Source of the DNA: Octopus vulgaris
Taxonomy: Eukaryota
Assembly: GCA_951406725.2 (NCBI GenBank)
Contig: OX597831.1
Location: 81,468,001-81,532,000, forward strand
Direction of reading: 5' to 3'
DNA: 64,000 nt
The position numbers and the translations under genes are program-made. The notes below the pieces were generated by a model that made no database searches, had not been told where the DNA came from, and saw only the letters and a list, made by a program, of their open reading frames with translations. Positions 60,313-64,000 of this stretch are shown here, one piece after another. Each line of letters starts with the position of its first letter. Position 1 is the stretch's first letter.

Positions 60313-61157
60313 AGAAAAAATAAAATTTCATCTTTGTAACCGTTAGAAACTTTATACTTACAGTTACTCTATTGTTATTTTGCAACGTATATGTGTGTGT
60401 GTGTGTGCGTGTGTGTGTCCGTGTGTGTGTGTATATGTGTTTGAGACTATGTGTAAGTGTGTATGCATGTGTGTGTGCGTGTGTGCGGCAGTGTTATAAC
60501 TTTAAACAGTTTATATACCCCGGGGAATGTAATTACAAGCTACAATTAATTGAATTCAGTAATTAAACAAAAGGAATGTCATAATATCTCAGATCAACTT
60601 TCTCACTGAATTCTTACAGACAGCACGTTTCCAGTTTTATTGCTTTCTTTTATTCTGCATCGCAATATTTCACGCGTTCTTTATTATGATTATTGACAAG
60701 AAAGAAACTTAAACTTCACCAAAATGGCTGTGGTCGAAATCCAAGTTGGGGTTTCTATCCCTTGTGTCTTCAGTATAGGCAATAGAACACATACTATGGC
60801 TAAAACTAACCAGTGTTACAGACAACGAACGTAACAACATTAAATTGGTTTATAGACGCTCGGAGATCTTTCTCAAAAGTAGCTTTTCTCTACGAGGGTA
60901 GGAGTTCATTGTAGGCCATAAATATTGATTCCGAAAATGACAAAGACAGAAAAAAAACACCCAATGATTAACATTTATATTGCATATTGTAATTTAGACA
61001 TAGTGTTCGTTGGTGTGCGTGTGTGTGTGTGTCTGTATAGGAAGGAGAGGAGCGTTGCCGGTTTTACAAGATCAAAAAGGTGTTTTTTGAGTAGATACGA
61101 TTGAGAGGGTCTGGTTTATACAAACCTGCACAAAGGAAAGGCTGCACGCTAATAACA

Positions 61158-61214
<57 letters not shown>

Positions 61215-61235
61215 ATACATATATATATGTATTAA

Positions 61236-61650
61236 GGCGGTGAACTGGCAGAAACCGTAGCGCCCCGGGCGAAATGCTTAGCGGTATTTCGTCTGCCGTT
61301 ACGTTGTGAGTTCAAATTCTGCCGAGGTCGTCTTTGCCTTTCATCCTTTCGGGGTCGATAAATTACGTACCAGTTACGCACTGGGGTCGGTGTAATTGAC
61401 TTAATACCTATGTCTGTCCTTGTTTGTCCCCTCTGTGTTTAGCCCCTTGTGGGTAATAAAGAAATAGGTATTTCGTCTATCGTTACGTTCTGAGTTCAAA
61501 TTCCGCCGATGTCGACTTTGCCTTTCATCCTTTCGGGGTCGATAAATAAAGTACCTGTTTCGCACTGGGGTCGATGTAATCGACTTAATCCCTTTGCCTG
61601 TCCTTGTTTGTCCCCTCTATGTTTAGCCCCTTGTGGGCAGTAAAGAAATA
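61236..61650 (+). mobile_element. SINE family B plus tandem 5'-truncated second unit
   Basis: Full unit 61236-61468 is immediately followed by a repeat from TATTTCGTCT to AAAGAAATA. Confidence 0.92.
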
Positions 61651-62814
61651 CATATATATGTATGTGAGTGCGAGGGAGAGGTGTATGTATATACACACAC
61701 ATTCTTTCATTCATCCGGGTATCCATCTACTTATATCACAGAGCACAGTGGCTGTGTGTCTCTCAGTTACAGTGCTGTAACCGTTTGCCGTCATTTAACC
61801 CTAGGCTAATCCTGACCAACTAGACTTATAATCATTAACTTGTTCACCTTGATTATCCCATTTTATGTAAATTTCCAGTTACAAATCGGTGTCTCCTGGA
61901 CAAAGTAGTAAGTTGTTATTTTTATTTAACACCAAGCCAGACCTAATTAAGGCACTCCAGCCATGACAATCTCCTTTGTTCATATACTTATGACTACACT
62001 GTCTAATGCATTGTTCTGTATATAAAAAAAGTATGGTGTGATTTGAGGGAGACTTGGATACCATTTCTAGCACGGTGAGCCAACAGAAGAGGTTACCTCG
62101 TTGGTTCATCAACAGAAACTTTGCTCTTATACAGAGTGTCGAACAAAATTTAGCATTCACAAGATTTGAGCTTCTTTATAGAAGCTTTCAGGTAGGGAGC
62201 TTGAAAAGGAATCGAACCAGCGTCCTAAAGATGGCTTGTATAAAGCAAGCACCAATGTAGGCAGCGTACACACACACACACACACTCACGTATCAACAAA
62301 CATATGCCCACATACACTCATGCAAAGATATACACACACGAACATAGACACGCTTCGACATGAAGTTGAAGCAAAAACACGTGTATACACACACATAGAA
62401 ACACACACACACACACACACACACACACCCACACACACACGTACACATACACACACACATACACACACGTACACACACACACGTACACATATACACGTAC
62501 ATTCTCATACACATGTGCGCGCGTGTGTAAATAGATTTATTTCTGCGCTTATAAGATCACAACGTGTGCAAACAAGCATGCACATCCGTGCATACATTTA
62601 TTTATAATATCTTCTAAACATCTATATATATACACACCATACAGACACACACAAACGCCTAAACAGATCTATAGATGTATATACGCATATGTGTATATAT
62701 ATATATGTGTGGTGTGAGAGTACACACACATGCACACAGGCATACATATATATTTATGTATGTATATATATAAATGTATATTATATAAACGTATATATCA
62801 TAATATAATATATA

Positions 62815-63192
62815 TTCTTTTATTCTTTTATTTGTTTCAGTCATTTGACTGCGGCCATGCTGGAGTACCGCCTTTAGTCGAACAAATCGACCCTAGAACT
62901 TATTCTTTGTAAGCCTAGCCTAGTACTTATTCTATCGTTCTCTTTTGTCGAACCGCTAAGTTACGGGGACGTAAACACCAACATCGATAGCGGGAGGCAA
63001 ACACAGACACACAAACATATATATAAATACGACGGGCTTCTTTCAGTTTCCGTCTACCAAATCCACTCACAAGGTTTTGGTTGGCACGAGGCTCTAGTAG
63101 AAGACACTTACCCAAGGTGGCATGCAGTGGGACTGAACCCGGAACTATGTGGTTGGTAAGCAAGCTACTTACCACACCGCCACTCCTGCGCC
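62815..63192 (-). mobile_element. SINE family A
   Basis: Full-length match with a small internal deletion. Confidence 0.9.
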
Positions 63193-63252
63193 TATAAATG
63201 TGTGTGTGTCTGTGTGTATGTGCGTGTGTGTGTGTGTGTGTGTGTGAGTATC

Positions 63253-63292
<40 letters not shown>

Positions 63293-63934
63293 TAATAATT
63301 ATATATATATATACACACACATGTGTATATATGTATGTATATCTGTATACACATTTTGATATACGTAAATAGATGCCTACCTCGGCAGATATTGCCAGCC
63401 AAGAAATACGTTTCAAGTGAAGTAAATCGAAGCGAGACGAACGTGTGCTATTTAATGTTAATTCAGTAATTACACCGCCATCAACTTCAGCGCAGGGTCT
63501 TTTATTCCGTCATTAGTTTGGACATTAATCAAAGAATCGCGTCTTGGGCTGGACTTAAATTCTACTTTACTGGCACCATGTTCTTGTGCTAAACTCTCCT
63601 AAATACAATTAAAACTATATGTCATTAGTTGTGTGCGTATAAGTGTGTTAATGATGTGTATGCATGCAAATGTATATATGTATGTATATATACACATATA
63701 TAGACATATATGCATACAAATGTATATGTGTATATATATATACATATATATATAGACATATATATTCATATATATATGGACGCAGATATGTGTGTATACC
63801 ATTATTTGTTGTGTAATACATATGATATCATTTACTAATTTGTGTAATAGTCAGACGTATAATACGATGGGCTGCGCTACAAACTTTTCGTCACGAGTTC
63901 ATTTCTGCCCCCAGCAGTTTCTTGTTTCTCTGTC

Positions 63935-64000
63935 TACAGGTGCTATGGAAAAGTTACCGGACTAGTTCTGTAGCGCGCCAACAGATAGCAGCAGACAGTT
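63935..64000 (+). mobile_element. Possible 5' end of a Tc1/mariner element
   Basis: TA-CAGGTGCTATGGAAAAGTTACCGGACT resembles the mariner end at 49614 (AAGTATCCGGAC). Truncated by the window edge. Confidence 0.3.

Noticed and set aside
63918-64000. Splice-acceptor-like TTTCTTGTTTCTCTGTCTACAG|G with an open frame to the window end
   Set aside because: Only 20 codons are visible and the sequence equally resembles a Tc1/mariner terminus; undecidable without downstream sequence.

Overview
AT-rich, microsatellite-saturated eukaryotic non-coding DNA. The SINE families and (TA)n/(TACA)n/(TAGA)n/(TAA)n load resemble octopus (coleoid cephalopod) genomic DNA; this is an inference. I can support no intact host protein-coding gene, and almost all track ORFs are microsatellite or SINE translations. 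The window holds three tRNA-derived SINE families (more than 30 copies), decayed Tc1/mariner elements (DD34D mariner and DD37D maT), and a non-autonomous Helitron. It also holds a 2.7-kb R4/Dong-like non-LTR element with a (TAA)n tail, two fragments of a second RLE-type family, several long palindromes and a 1.2-kb tandem duplication. Penelope-like (PLE) remnants carry hammerhead ribozyme (HHR) motifs. The most notable signal is a repeat family (41140-41201, 44604-44665, 46795-46851) whose three hammerhead strands occur in a swapped order that is not a circular permutation of type I/II/III. Compensatory base pairs between copies support it, and one copy begins exactly at the predicted cleavage site. 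Coordinates were read by eye, so repeat boundaries are approximate.
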